Shown here: positions 30,058 through 40,507 of the stretch, piece by piece
Position numbering within the stretch: position 1 is the stretch's first letter
Layout of the letters: the number at the start of each line of letters is the position of its first letter
From: Planctomycetota bacterium
Lineage (GTDB): Bacteria; Planctomycetota; JAJSAM01; JAJVHW01
Length of the DNA: 64,000 nt
Reading direction: 5' to 3'
NCBI GenBank assembly: GCA_965248445.1
Contig: CBDFJG010000003.1
Span: forward strand, 1,728,001-1,792,000
Made by a program: the position numbers and the translations under genes
The notes under the pieces: generated by a model
What the model was told of the DNA's origin: nothing
Databases searched by the model: none
What the model saw: the letters and a program-made list of their open reading frames with translations, nothing else

Positions 30058-31678
30058 CTACTTCGCCTGCCGGTCGTCCATGTTGCGGGCGTCCGCGACG
30101 AGCTTCAGGAACTCGGCGCGGTAGCCGTGCTCGTCCGTCCCCATGGCGCCCTGTGCCATCTCGCGGACGGAGTCGTATGTGGCGCTGCCACTGTGTCCGC
30201 TGCCGCGCAGCACCATGCCGAACGAGGCGACCGACGCTGCGAAGCGGAAGTCGGCAGACGCCGACTGCCACGCGTTGCCGGGATCCTGCACGGCGTAGCT
30301 GAGGAGCTTGCTGGTCGCGCCCTGGGGGTCCTTGTAGCGCAGCTTCACGGTCATCAACTCGCCGGTGCCGGATGCGCGTGTCGGGTGGCGGCCGGTCTGG
30401 TACTTGAGGGGGTCAACCTCGGGATCGATCGTGTTCGCGCCGGGAGGGACGATCTCGTAGAGCGCGGTCACCGAGTGGCCGGCGCCAATCTCGCCCGCGT
30501 CCTTCTTGTCGTCGTTGAAGTCGCGCGCGGCCAGCATCCGATTCTCGTATCCGATCAGCCGGTACGCGGCGACGTGCGATGGGTTGAACTCAACCTGGAT
30601 CTTCACGTCCTTGGCGACCGTCACGAGCGTGCCGCCGGCCTCCTGGACGAGCACCTTGCGGGCCTCGGCGAGCGAGTCGATGTACGCGTAGTTGCCGTTG
30701 CCCTTGTCGGCCAGCTTCTCCATCGTGGAGGTCCTTGACGTTCCCCGTGCCGAAGCCGAGGACGGTCAGGAAGATCCCGCTCTCCCGCTCCTTCTCGATC
30801 AGCCGTACGAGTTCTCCCTGATTCGTGGTGCCGACGTTGAAATCGCCGTCCGTGGCCAGGATCACGCGGTTGATGCCGTCGGACTGGAAGCCCTCGCGGG
30901 CCAGCGCGTACGCACGCTGGATGCCCTCGCCGCCGTTGGTCGAGCCGCCGGCGTTCAGCGCCTCGAGGGCGTCGCGGAGGCGTGTCTTCTCGACGCCCTC
31001 GGCGTTCTCGAGCACGACACCCGCGGCGCCCGCGTAGACCACGATCGAGATGCGGTCCTCGGGGCGGAGGTTGTCCACGAGCAGCGGCAGCGCCTTCTTG
31101 AGCAAGGGGAGCTTGGCGCTGCTCGCCATCGAGCCGGAGACGTCGAGAAGGAACACGAGATTGCGGGGCGGCACGTTTTCGTCACTGATGTGGCGTGCCT
31201 GCAGTCCGATGCGCGCTAGACGGTGTGCGGGCTCCCACGGGCAGGCCGCGGCCTCGGTCGTGACCGCGAACGGCGCAGAGCCGTCCGGTTCCGCGTAGGC
31301 GTAGCTGAAGTAGTTGACCATCTCCTCGATGCGCACGGCGTCGGGGGGCGGTAGCGCGCCGTCGTGGAGGAAGCGGCGCACGTTCGCGTAGGAGGCCGTG
31401 TCGACGTCGATCGAGAACGTGGAGAGCGGCTTGTCGAGGGGGGAGTGGAACGGGTTCTCGTCGATCTTGTCGTATGCCTCGGTGTTCATCGCCCGGTCGA
31501 CGTCCTGGACGCCGGCGATCATCCCGGGCTGGTGCGCAGTCGCGTACTTGAGCGACATGCGGGCGACGGGCGGGGAAGCTGCGGGGGCACCCGCACCGGC
31601 ATCGGTTCCGGATCCACATCCGGGTACGGCGACGGCGGCGAGCGTGACAGCGGCGAGAACGCGGGCGGCGACGTGCAT
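30058..31678 (-). pseudogene. YfbK-like VWA/DUF3520 lipoprotein, frameshifted at ~30730
   Basis: STFSIDVDTASY, VRIEEMVNYF, MIDAS DVSGSM, LATDGDFNVG. An extra C in AAG GAC-C-TCC ACG ATG splits the gene from MEKLADKGNGNYAYID...DAGEIGAGH. Confidence 0.88.
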
Positions 31679-31840
31679 CGTGGTTCCTCCTACACGGAGT
31701 TAGATGCGCGAGGTCACCGCTCGTTCACGGGAAAACCGCCGTTCGTACACACATGTCGACTGCGCACGCCCGAGACGTGCTCAGCGGTCGGGCGCGTGGA
31801 CCGTAGAATCCGCCTTCCGGCCGCTCAGGAGGCGCCGCGC

Positions 31841-32203
31841 ATGCCGAAGCTGATCATCGAGACGCCCGACGAAGACCCCATCGCCCACGATCTGGTCGGC
31901 CCGGTGACGCTCGGGCGCAGCGCCGAGGCCGACATCACCGTCTTGGACCGCAAGATGTCGCGCGAGCACTGCGGCTTCCAGTCGCACCTCGGAATGTGGC
32001 AGGTGCAGGACCTCGACTCGAGCAACGGCACGCGCGTCAACGGCGTCGTCTGCAAGAAGCGGATGCTCGAGAACGGCGACCGGATCGCCGTGGGCACGAC
32101 CAAGATCCGCTACGAGACCGAGGAGGTCCGGAAGAAGGCGCCGGTCCTCCAGCGCCGGGAGTCCGCGCGCGACCGTCTGAAGTCCCGGCGCAAGCGCGGG
32201 TAA
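31841..32203 (+). CDS. FHA domain protein
   Basis: TLGRS, MSREH, DLDSSNGTRVNG FHA motifs; ATG at 31841 after AGGAGG. Confidence 0.9.
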   Translation: MPKLIIETPDEDPIAHDLVGPVTLGRSAEADITVLDRKMSREHCGFQSHLGMWQVQDLDSSNGTRVNGVVCKKRMLENGDRIAVGTTKIRYETEEVRKKAPVLQRRESARDRLKSRRKRG

Positions 32204-32208
32204 CTACG

Positions 32209-32688
32209 TCAGTCCGCGAGTTGGTCGTCGGCGAGCCACTCGCGCAGGAAGGCGAGATCGGCGAGCGCCGTCTCCGAGTCCTCGGGAAGGACGGTCATCG
32301 AGACCACCTCGCCGGCGGGGTCGAGCCACACCAGCGTCGGGAAGTTGACGACCCCGTACTGCTCGACGAGCGCGGGTTCGTCGTCCTTCTCGAGGTAGAC
32401 CGCCTCGATCTCCGGCGCGAGGGCTGCCTGCACTCTTCCGTCGGCGAGAGTCGCACGGACCCTCCGGCGGTTGTTCTCTCACCAGTCCGCGGCGAACAGC
32501 AGCATCGCAGCGCGCTCGTCTGCCCGCACGGCCTCGTACGCTGGAGCGCCCTGCGGCATCCAGTCGCGAACCTCGAGCGACGCGGGTGTGTCGGCGGCCG
32601 GCGGCGGGGCCACGCGCTCGATCTCGGCTTCCCACGCGACGGCGAGGACGGCCCCCAGGGCGAGCGCGAGCAACGGTATGGCGGCCAT
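32209..32688 (-). CDS. Putative selenoprotein: exported thioredoxin-fold protein (W-U-E-N-N), TGA at 32479-32481 read as Sec
   Basis: ORFs 32479..33003 and 32209..32433 share a frame. The joined product reads LLFAADW-U-ENNRR...LVEQYGVVNFPTLVWLDPAGEVV, including the Trx cis-Pro motif. SECIS-like hairpin at +14 nt. Confidence 0.8.
32446..32464 (-). promoter_or_regulatory. Bacterial SECIS-like hairpin
   Basis: GAGGGUC-CGUGC-GACUCUC starts 14 nt after the UGA; 7-bp stem with one G-U pair and a G/U-containing loop. Confidence 0.7.
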
Positions 32689-32736
32689 GTGTCTCACAAG
32701 TGGGCATCCTACCGCCCGGAGTAGCCTGCCCCGCTC

Positions 32737-33687
32737 GTGTTCACGGAACTGCTGGGCGAGTTGGCCGCGTTGGGGACGGCCGTTTCGTGGGCTGCGTCGA
32801 CGATCTTCTTCGGCATCGCGACGCGGCGCGCGAGTGCGCCCGTCGTCAACCTCGTGCGGATCCTCATGGCGGCGGCTCTCGCCGTCGCGCTCGCTCTCCT
32901 CATGGGCGGGGCGTGGCCCACGGGCGGTCAGAGCGTTGCGCTGGTGCTGTCGGGCGTGCTCGGACTGGCCGTCGGGGATGCGGCGTGGTTCCGCTCGCTG
33001 CACATCCTGGGAGCGCGGCGCTCGTCGGTCCTCGGTGCGCTGTGGCCGGGGGTCGCCGCGCTCTTGGCCGGCCCTCTCCTAGGCGAGGCTCTGGACGAAG
33101 TCGTTCTGCTGGGACTCTGCTTGACGATCGGTGGCGTTGCATGGGTGCAACTCGAGCGCTCGGACGACGGCGAGGTCGAAGGCAGCATGACACGCGGCCT
33201 GGTCTGGGGCGTCGCTGCCATTGTCTGCCAGGCGCTCGGTTACGTCTTGGCGAAGGTGGGACTCGGCACAGCACCGGACGGCGCCTGGCTGTCGGAAGTG
33301 CTCGGCGTCTCGTCGGCGCTGCGCGTCGACTCGATGTCCGCGACGGCCGTCCGCACGCTCGCCGCCGCCGTTGGCATCGGCGCACTGGCAGTTGTCATGC
33401 GCGGTCCGGCGGGTCTCTCTCGTGCGCTACGCGACCGCGGATTCTTGCGCAGCACCACCGGCGGCGTCGTGTTCGGTGCCGTGCTCGGCGTGTGGCTGTC
33501 GATGGTCGCGCTCGAATACACCACCACGGCGATCGCGGGGGCGATCATCGGCACCTCGCCGATCTTCGTGATCCCGATGGTGCGGTTCGTCCACGGGTAC
33601 AAGCCGTCCTGGAGGGCGTGGGCGGGCGCGATCGTCGCCGCGTTCGGCATCGCCGTTCTCTCTCTAGGCGAGTGGCTCGGCTCGTGA
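32737..33687 (+). CDS. DMT/EamA family transporter
   Basis: About 10 hydrophobic segments; GELAALGTAVSWA, LSGVLGLAVGD..F, LLGE and TSPIF motifs. Confidence 0.9.
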   Translation: MFTELLGELAALGTAVSWAASTIFFGIATRRASAPVVNLVRILMAAALAVALALLMGGAWPTGGQSVALVLSGVLGLAVGDAAWFRSLHILGARRSSVLGALWPGVAALLAGPLLGEALDEVVLLGLCLTIGGVAWVQLERSDDGEVEGSMTRGLVWGVAAIVCQALGYVLAKVGLGTAPDGAWLSEVLGVSSALRVDSMSATAVRTLAAAVGIGALAVVMRGPAGLSRALRDRGFLRSTTGGVVFGAVLGVWLSMVALEYTTTAIAGAIIGTSPIFVIPMVRFVHGYKPSWRAWAGAIVAAFGIAVLSLGEWLGS

Positions 33688-33773
33688 TGAGGCCGGTGTG
33701 CATCGCCGGCGGGGATCCGCTCCCGGGGAGTTATGCTCTGCGGACCTTACTCGCGACTCGAAGGGGGTGCGTG

Positions 33774-34382
33774 ATGCAACGCTCGTTGTTCGCTGTGATG
33801 CTCTGCGCCGGCCTGGCGCTGGGAGTGCCCGCAGTCGCCGTGGGCGGCGGATCCATGGGAATCAAGTCCGGCAAGTTCAAGGTCGTCGGCGACGCGCAGG
33901 GACCGAGCCAAACCCGCGGCAAGGTGACGCTCACCGGCCTGGACTGTCAGGAGGGCGACGTCGTCTCGTGGGAACTTGTCGCCACCAACACGCTGATGTT
34001 CGGCGACGTGACCAACATGCCCGGAGGCGTCCCCGACGGTCTGCAGCTGCTCCGCAAGGGCAAGAAGCTCAAGGCGAAGCGCGGCGGCCTCGTCGGCTTC
34101 GCGGTTGCGAAGGCGACCTACAACCTGAAGAAGCAGAAGCTCACGCTCGTGTTCAAGAAGGGGCCCGGGATGTTGCCCCCGAGCCTTCCCTCCGGACAGC
34201 CCCAGCCGGGCAAACCGCAGACGACGACGCGCGACATGACCGTGCGCCTGCACATATTGCGCAGCGGTGAGCCGATCATCACGTGCACCGCCGTGGTGCC
34301 GTGGAACCTGAAAGCCGTCGCCACCCGACGTGGCCGCGCGATAGTCAGCGGGAAGGCCGCCCCCTCGCAGCTAGTCGAATAG
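33774..34382 (+). CDS. Exported Lys-rich hypothetical protein
   Basis: Signal peptide MQRSLFAVMLCAGLALGVPAVA; biased codons; 12-bp convergent overlap with cysK. Confidence 0.7.
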   Translation: MQRSLFAVMLCAGLALGVPAVAVGGGSMGIKSGKFKVVGDAQGPSQTRGKVTLTGLDCQEGDVVSWELVATNTLMFGDVTNMPGGVPDGLQLLRKGKKLKAKRGGLVGFAVAKATYNLKKQKLTLVFKKGPGMLPPSLPSGQPQPGKPQTTTRDMTVRLHILRSGEPIITCTAVVPWNLKAVATRRGRAIVSGKAAPSQLVE

Positions 34383-35300
34383 TCCCTTAGTCGACAAGTA
34401 GCGCTGCCCGGTATCCGCGACCAGGCACACGATCAGCCGGCCCGCGAACTCGTCGCGACCGGCCAGCTCTCGCGCCGCCCACGCGGTCGCGCCACTCGAG
34501 ATTCCGGTCAGGATGCCCTCGGTCCATCCGAGTTCGCGCACCGTCTCCCACGCAGTGTCCGACGGCACGTCGACGATCTCGTCGATCAGGTCCGCGTCGT
34601 AGTTCTGCGGAGTGAACCCCGGTACGACGCCCGGGATGCGGTGGGCCGTGAACTCGCCGGTCCGGTAGTAGGGGGACTCCGCCGGTTCGATCCCCGCGAC
34701 GTGCAGATCCGCCCCCTTCGCGAGCAGCGTCCGCGCGACTCCGGTCAGCGTTCCGCATGTGCCGAGTCCGGCCACGAAAGCGCGGATCTCCCCGTCGGTC
34801 TGCCGCCACAGTTCTTCGGCCGTGCCGCGGACGTGGGAGAGAGGGTTGTCGGGGTTGTCGTGCTGGCAGATGTAGTACGCATCCGGCAGTTCTTCCTTCA
34901 ACTCCAGAACGCGCGCCTTGGCGCCCTTGGTGTGGAGCGACGCCGGCGTCAGCTCGAGACGTGCGCCGAGCGCACGGAGCACCTGCTTGCGCTCGTCGCT
35001 CATGGCTTCGCTCATGCAGAGCACAAGGTCGTAGCCGAGCACCGCGCACGACATGGCGAGTCCGATGCCCGTGTTGCCGGACGTCGCCTCGAGAATCGTA
35101 GTGCGGCCGGGCGTGATCTCACCGCGCCGCTGTGCCTCGCGCAGCATGCAGAGCGCCGGGCGGTCTTTCACGCTGTACGGGTTGAACAGCTCGAGCTTGG
35201 CGAGCACCCGGCCGCGCCCGCCCTCCGGCGGCGCAAACCGGTCCAGCGCCACGAGTGGCGTGTTCCCCACGCAGTCGAGGATGCTCCCGCGAATCTCCAT
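34371..35300 (-). CDS. cysK: Cysteine synthase (PLP-dependent)
   Basis: VGNTPLV, NPYSVKDR (PLP Lys), EATSGNTGIGLA, GTCGT, GISSGA, ADTGQRYLS. Confidence 0.85.
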   Translation of the reverse strand: MEIRGSILDCVGNTPLVALDRFAPPEGGRGRVLAKLELFNPYSVKDRPALCMLREAQRRGEITPGRTTILEATSGNTGIGLAMSCAVLGYDLVLCMSEAMSDERKQVLRALGARLELTPASLHTKGAKARVLELKEELPDAYYICQHDNPDNPLSHVRGTAEELWRQTDGEIRAFVAGLGTCGTLTGVARTLLAKGADLHVAGIEPAESPYYRTGEFTAHRIPGVVPGFTPQNYDADLIDEIVDVPSDTAWETVRELGWTEGILTGISSGATAWAARELAGRDEFAGRLIVCLVADTGQRYLSTKGLFD

Positions 35301-35423
35301 GCCGAGTGCCTCCGTGATTCGCCCGGTGGGGCGCCGATGGTGTCAGAAATCCCTGCCACTCACGCGCAGGCTCAACTTCCGCGTGTTCTCTTCCTATGCT
35401 GGAGAGGGAGAACGGTCGATAAC

Positions 35424-38400
35424 GTGACTACGGTGACAGGCTCGTCCGTAGGCTTCTTCAGGCTCGAAGCCGAGTTGGGCTCTGGCGGTATGGGCGTCGT
35501 GTATCGCGCGACGCCGGAACAGGATACCGCCGGGGTTGCAGCCGGCACGCGTGTAGCGCTCAAGGTGCTACACCCGCACCTGATTCGATCCGACATCATG
35601 CGCGCGCGCTTTGCGCGCGAGTGCGAGATCGGACAGGGCATCGTCCATCCCAACGTCGTCCGCATGTTCGGATCGGGTGAGAACGACGGCTTCCACTACA
35701 TCGTGATGGAGTACGTCGAGGGGCAGACGCTGCGCGACCTCATCGTCGAGTTGCAGGTCGTGCCCGAGGAACTCTGCCGGCACATCGCGTGCGAAGTTGC
35801 CGCCGGCGTCGCCGCGATTCACGAGGCCGGGGCGGTGCATCGCGACATCAAGCCCGAGAACGTCCTGATCACACCGGATCACCAGGTGCGGCTCATGGAC
35901 CTCGGCGTGGCGCGGTTGGTCGACGAGACCACGCGTCTCTCGCTGACTGGGAGCTTCGTGGGGTCGGTCCAGTACGCGGCGCCGGAGCAGTTTCGAGGAG
36001 GCGACGAGATCGTGGACCCGCGCGTGGATCAGCACGCGATGGGCGTGCTGTTCTACGAGATGGCGTGTGGTCGCAACCCGTTCCTCGATACCGACGTCTC
36101 CTCGACGATGCGCCGCGTGCTCCTCGAGACACCGGCACAGCTGCGTGATGTGAACCGAGCCGTGAGCCCGTTCCTCTCGGAGGTCGTGAGGGTCCTGATC
36201 GCGAAGAAGTGTGAGGACCGGTTCGCCTCGATCCAGGTCGTTCACGAATTGCTGACGGAGGCCGAGGAGTCCATCTGGTGGCAGGAGCGCGAGAGCCGGG
36301 TCGAGGGCCTCGACTCGACCCAGACGATCTTCTTCCAGGCACCGGTCGAGACCGCGCTCTACGGGCGCGACGACGAGCTCGCCAAGATGCAGGCGCTCTA
36401 CGAGCACGCGCGCGAGGGCGACGGACAGGTGGCGTTGCTCCTCGGCGAGACCGGCATCGGCAAGACGCGGCTCGCGGAGGAGGTCGTGAACCGGGTCCGC
36501 CAGAGCGGCGAGGAGGTGAACTTCCTCTACGGCGGTTTCCTCCCGGGCGGCGCCCGTGATGCCGGCGCGGGATTCGCCTCCGCGTTCCGCGAGCACCTCG
36601 GCCCCGCCGGGAGCGCGCCGTATCTCACCGAGACACCACGGCTCGCGCCCGCGTTCGACGCGTTGCTGCATGGCGACCGGCCGCCCGACGGCCAGGAGCT
36701 CCTGACCACGGCGTCGATCCAGACCTGCTTCGTGCACGTGGCCCGCAGCCTGGCGGCGGAGCGCCCGACCGTAATCGTGGTGGACGACCTCGATCTCGCC
36801 GGCGACGACTCGTTGCGACTCTTCACCTCGCTCGCGCTCGCCGTCTCGCGCCATCGACTGCTACTGATCGGCGCCTTGCGTCGGCGAGTTGACACCGTCT
36901 GGCTCTCCGAGACCTCCGCGCACCCGCACGTCACGACCGTGCCACTCGGCCGTCTCGGTCCGCGCAGTTTGACGGACCTGCTTTCCGACTACCTGCAGTC
37001 GCCGGCCCTGGCCGCGACACTCGGCGTGCCGATCGCGATGCGGTCGGAGGGCAACCCGCACTTCGTCTTCGAAATCCTCCGCGGGCTGGAGGAGTCGCGT
37101 GTGCTCACACGGGACGACGACGGTGTCTGGCGCACCACGGGCGACACCGGTGACATCCGCATCCCGTCGAGTCTCCGGGATCTGGTCAGCAGGCGCATTG
37201 AAGAGCTCGAGCCCGAGGACCGTGAGTTGCTCGACGCGGCGGCGTGCGCCGGCTTCCGATTGGATCCGTCGCTCGTGGCCGATGCGCTGGGAATGCCGGC
37301 GATCCGCACGCTCAAGCAGTTCGCACGGATCGAGAAGCAGCACCGCCTCGTGCGCTCGGTCGGGCGCGAGATCATGTTCGATCACGACCAGGTGCAAGTG
37401 TGCTTGCTCGACGAGTTGATGCCGCAACTGAAGGAGCTGTACCACGCGGCTCTCGGCGAGGCGCTCCAGCGGCGCATGAAGGTCGAGGACCTGGTCGACG
37501 ACGAGCAGAGCGGATCGACGTACGTGCGCCTGGTCGAGCACTTCCTCTCCGGTGGGCGAGGAGACCTCGCGAAGCCCTATCTCAGCGCCGCACTCGAACA
37601 CTTGGAGGGCGCCCACGCGCTCGATCGCGGCGCCGCACTTCTGACGCGCGCGCTGACCGTGGACGGGTTGCTCGAACACATGGAGCGAATTGAAGCGCTG
37701 ATCCGACTGGGCGGTTGGCTCAGCAGGCTCGGCCGCGCGGAGGCTGCACTCGACCGAGCGCGCGAGGCGGAAGCGCTCGCCCGCACGCAGGACGCTCCCG
37801 ACATGGTGAGCCGCGCCGCGCTGTTGGGGGGGAACACGCTGCGGCGCGCACACCGTCACGACGAGGCGCGGATCTCGCTGTCCCGCGCTGTGGAGGCCGC
37901 GCGAGAGGGTTCGGATCGCGGCGTCGAGGCCGCTGCCATGCGCGGGTTGGCGCAGACCGTCCAGTCGATCGGCCAGCACGACGCCGCCCTGGAGCTGTTC
38001 GATCGCGATCGGCGGCTCGTGAGCGAGGTGGGGGACCCTGCTCTTCGCGGCGAGGCGATGTCGGCGCGTGCTGGCGTGCTCCTCGAACTCGGGCGTCGCG
38101 AGGCCGCGCTCGAGGAGTACCGGGACGAGCTGCGGCTCGTCAAGTCGCGCGGTGACAGCGCCGGAGAAGCCGCTGCCATGCGCAACGTGGGGCGCGTGCT
38201 CGTCGAGATGGGGCGGGTCGACGAGGCCCGCGATCACCTGGTCAAGAGCCTGACGATCTCCCGCAGCATCGGAGACCGAGAGGGTGAACTGACCACGGTC
38301 GAACTCGTCGGCCGAGTCCACTTGCTGTTGGGCCAGTTCACCGACGCTCGCACGCACTTCGAGCGCCAGGCCGAACTCGCGCACGAGATCGGCTCACCTC

Positions 38401-39233
38401 TCGACGGCGCGGATGCGACCGGCAATCTCGGCCTCGTGTTGATGACGCAGGGGCGCGGCGACCACGCGTTCGCCACGTTCGACCGGCAGCTCGAACGGTC
38501 TCTGGAGATCGAGCACCGCGCCGGCGAAGCGCGAGCGCAGGTGCAGATCGCCTCCGCTCTGCGCGTGTTCGGCGCCGTCGACCGCGCGCATGCCCGCTTC
38601 GTGCGCGCCGTGGCCATGGTCTGTGAGCAGCACGACCGGTTGGGCGAGGGGAACGCGCTCTGCGAGTACGGCCGCTTCCAGCTCGACCTCACGAAAAAGG
38701 ACGACCAGGTCGACGGCATCGCGGTGCTGTTCGATCAGGCGATCGAGTGCCTGACCGGCGTCGAAGATCACATCGGACTGTCCCGCGCATTGCGGTTCCG
38801 AGCGAAGGTCGCGTCGCGTAGCGGCGACGCGCAGACCGCACTTCTGTTGCTGGCACGGGCAACCGAGCACGCGCTGCGTTCGGGCGTGATCGGCGCCGAC
38901 ATCTTGATCGCGTGCGACATCGCAGCGATGGATGCGGCCGCGCCAGCGGGAACCGCGACGTCGCACGACATGACGGCGCTCCTGAGCTTGCGCGAACGTG
39001 TGCGATCGATGGGCGAGCGACTCCCTCACCTCGATCGCATGGAGGCGTGTTTCCGGGCGGGCACCATCACCGCGGACGCCGAGCTGATCGCCGAGTCCGC
39101 CGAGCTGCTCGAGTTCTTCTCCCGCCACGCCCCTGACGAACTGCGGCGCACGACGGTCACTCACGTGCCGCTCCACCGGGCGATCGCGCACGCGTCGCGG
39201 CGAGCCCGCTCCCGAGAGCGCGCCGCCCGCTGA
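35424..39233 (+). CDS. Ser/Thr protein kinase - AAA/STAND ATPase - TPR fusion
   Basis: LGSGGMGVVY, VALKVL, HRDIKPEN, DLG, YAAPEQ; Walker A GETGIGKT; VVDDL; SEGNPHF; C-terminal TPR repeats. Confidence 0.92.
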   Translation: MTTVTGSSVGFFRLEAELGSGGMGVVYRATPEQDTAGVAAGTRVALKVLHPHLIRSDIMRARFARECEIGQGIVHPNVVRMFGSGENDGFHYIVMEYVEGQTLRDLIVELQVVPEELCRHIACEVAAGVAAIHEAGAVHRDIKPENVLITPDHQVRLMDLGVARLVDETTRLSLTGSFVGSVQYAAPEQFRGGDEIVDPRVDQHAMGVLFYEMACGRNPFLDTDVSSTMRRVLLETPAQLRDVNRAVSPFLSEVVRVLIAKKCEDRFASIQVVHELLTEAEESIWWQERESRVEGLDSTQTIFFQAPVETALYGRDDELAKMQALYEHAREGDGQVALLLGETGIGKTRLAEEVVNRVRQSGEEVNFLYGGFLPGGARDAGAGFASAFREHLGPAGSAPYLTETPRLAPAFDALLHGDRPPDGQELLTTASIQTCFVHVARSLAAERPTVIVVDDLDLAGDDSLRLFTSLALAVSRHRLLLIGALRRRVDTVWLSETSAHPHVTTVPLGRLGPRSLTDLLSDYLQSPALAATLGVPIAMRSEGNPHFVFEILRGLEESRVLTRDDDGVWRTTGDTGDIRIPSSLRDLVSRRIEELEPEDRELLDAAACAGFRLDPSLVADALGMPAIRTLKQFARIEKQHRLVRSVGREIMFDHDQVQVCLLDELMPQLKELYHAALGEALQRRMKVEDLVDDEQSGSTYVRLVEHFLSGGRGDLAKPYLSAALEHLEGAHALDRGAALLTRALTVDGLLEHMERIEALIRLGGWLSRLGRAEAALDRAREAEALARTQDAPDMVSRAALLGGNTLRRAHRHDEARISLSRAVEAAREGSDRGVEAAAMRGLAQTVQSIGQHDAALELFDRDRRLVSEVGDPALRGEAMSARAGVLLELGRREAALEEYRDELRLVKSRGDSAGEAAAMRNVGRVLVEMGRVDEARDHLVKSLTISRSIGDREGELTTVELVGRVHLLLGQFTDARTHFERQAELAHEIGSPLDGADATGNLGLVLMTQGRGDHAFATFDRQLERSLEIEHRAGEARAQVQIASALRVFGAVDRAHARFVRAVAMVCEQHDRLGEGNALCEYGRFQLDLTKKDDQVDGIAVLFDQAIECLTGVEDHIGLSRALRFRAKVASRSGDAQTALLLLARATEHALRSGVIGADILIACDIAAMDAAAPAGTATSHDMTALLSLRERVRSMGERLPHLDRMEACFRAGTITADAELIAESAELLEFFSRHAPDELRRTTVTHVPLHRAIAHASRRARSRERAAR

Positions 39234-39387
39234 GCCGCTCCGGGCGCTTTCAAGCCTGAGCCAGGCTCGATCGAGGTGCCTCCGGTCAACTTACGCAGGC
39301 TCGTCTGTCGATGGGGTGGAGGCGACCACCGTCCCGCGAGTGGGCCAGCGCCGCGAGCATCCGCACGGAGAGGAAGAGGAACGACCG

Positions 39388-40470
39388 ATGACGATGGAAG
39401 AACTTCTGCGCCAGATGGTGGCCGCCGGCGCGTCCGACGTGCACATCAAGGCCGGCTCGCCTCCGGGATACCGCATCGACGGCAACTTGGTGCCTCAGAC
39501 ACAGATCGGCTACCTGACCCCGGACCACACGTGGGCACTCGCGCAGCAGATGCTCAACGACGAACAGATCGGGCGGTTCACGAAAGACCGCGACATCGAC
39601 CTCTCGTACTCGGTGAAGGACTGCGCGCGGTTTCGCGTGAACGTGCTGGTGCAGCGCGACTCGGTCGCAATGGTCATTCGCCAGATCCCGGACCGCATCC
39701 CGACGGTCGAGGACCTGAAGCTGCCGCAGATCTGCATCGACCTCGCGTCGAAGCCCCGCGGACTCGTGCTGGTCACCGGTCCGACGGGAAGCGGTAAGTC
39801 GACGACGCTCGCCGCGATCATCGACTACATCAACGAGCACGAGCAGGGCCACATCCTCACGATGGAGGACCCGCTCGAGTTCGTGCACAAGGACAAGAAG
39901 TGCTTCGTCACCCAACGCCAGGTGGGACAGGACACGAAGTCGTTCCAGGAAGGCCTGCGCCGCGCGCTGCGCCAGGATCCCGATGTGATCCTGATCGGTG
40001 AGATGCGTGACCTCGAGACGATCAGCATGGCGCTCACCGCCGCGGAGACCGGGCACCTCGTGTTCGGTACGCTGCACACGACGAGTGCGATCTCGACCGT
40101 CGACCGCATCGTGGACGTGTTCGGGGCAGAGGCGCAGCAGCAGGTGCGCATCCAGCTCTCGTCCGCGCTGCAGGGCGTTATCTCACAGTGCTTGCTGCCG
40201 ACTCCCGGTGGCGGGCGCGTGGCGGCGCGCGAGATCCTCGTCGCGACGGACGGCATCCGTGCGCTCATCCGTGAGGGTAAGACGGCTCAGATGCTGAATC
40301 TGCTCCAGACCGGCAAGCAGTACGGCATGACGACACTCGAGATGGACCTCATGGACCTCGTCCGCAAGGGGACGATCACCATGGACGACGCCCTTGCCAA
40401 GGCCAACCGCCCGGGCGAACTCGAGCGGAACCTGCAATCCAAGCGCCAGCCGGCCACGAGCCGACGCTGA
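39388..40470 (+). CDS. pilT: Type IV pilus retraction ATPase
   Basis: ASDVHI, GPTGSGKSTT, EDPLE, ALRQDPDVILIGEMRD, AETGHLVFGTLH, GIRALIRE (AIRNLIRE-like). Confidence 0.92.
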   Translation: MTMEELLRQMVAAGASDVHIKAGSPPGYRIDGNLVPQTQIGYLTPDHTWALAQQMLNDEQIGRFTKDRDIDLSYSVKDCARFRVNVLVQRDSVAMVIRQIPDRIPTVEDLKLPQICIDLASKPRGLVLVTGPTGSGKSTTLAAIIDYINEHEQGHILTMEDPLEFVHKDKKCFVTQRQVGQDTKSFQEGLRRALRQDPDVILIGEMRDLETISMALTAAETGHLVFGTLHTTSAISTVDRIVDVFGAEAQQQVRIQLSSALQGVISQCLLPTPGGGRVAAREILVATDGIRALIREGKTAQMLNLLQTGKQYGMTTLEMDLMDLVRKGTITMDDALAKANRPGELERNLQSKRQPATSRR

Positions 40471-40507
40471 GATAGCCGCCCGCTGGTTCCCTGGTCAGTG
40501 CCTTGAC

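Noticed and set aside
34641..35423. N-terminal extension of the kinase ORF (1530 aa in the track)
   Set aside because: Mostly overlaps cysK on the opposite strand; kinase motifs begin only after ~35450.
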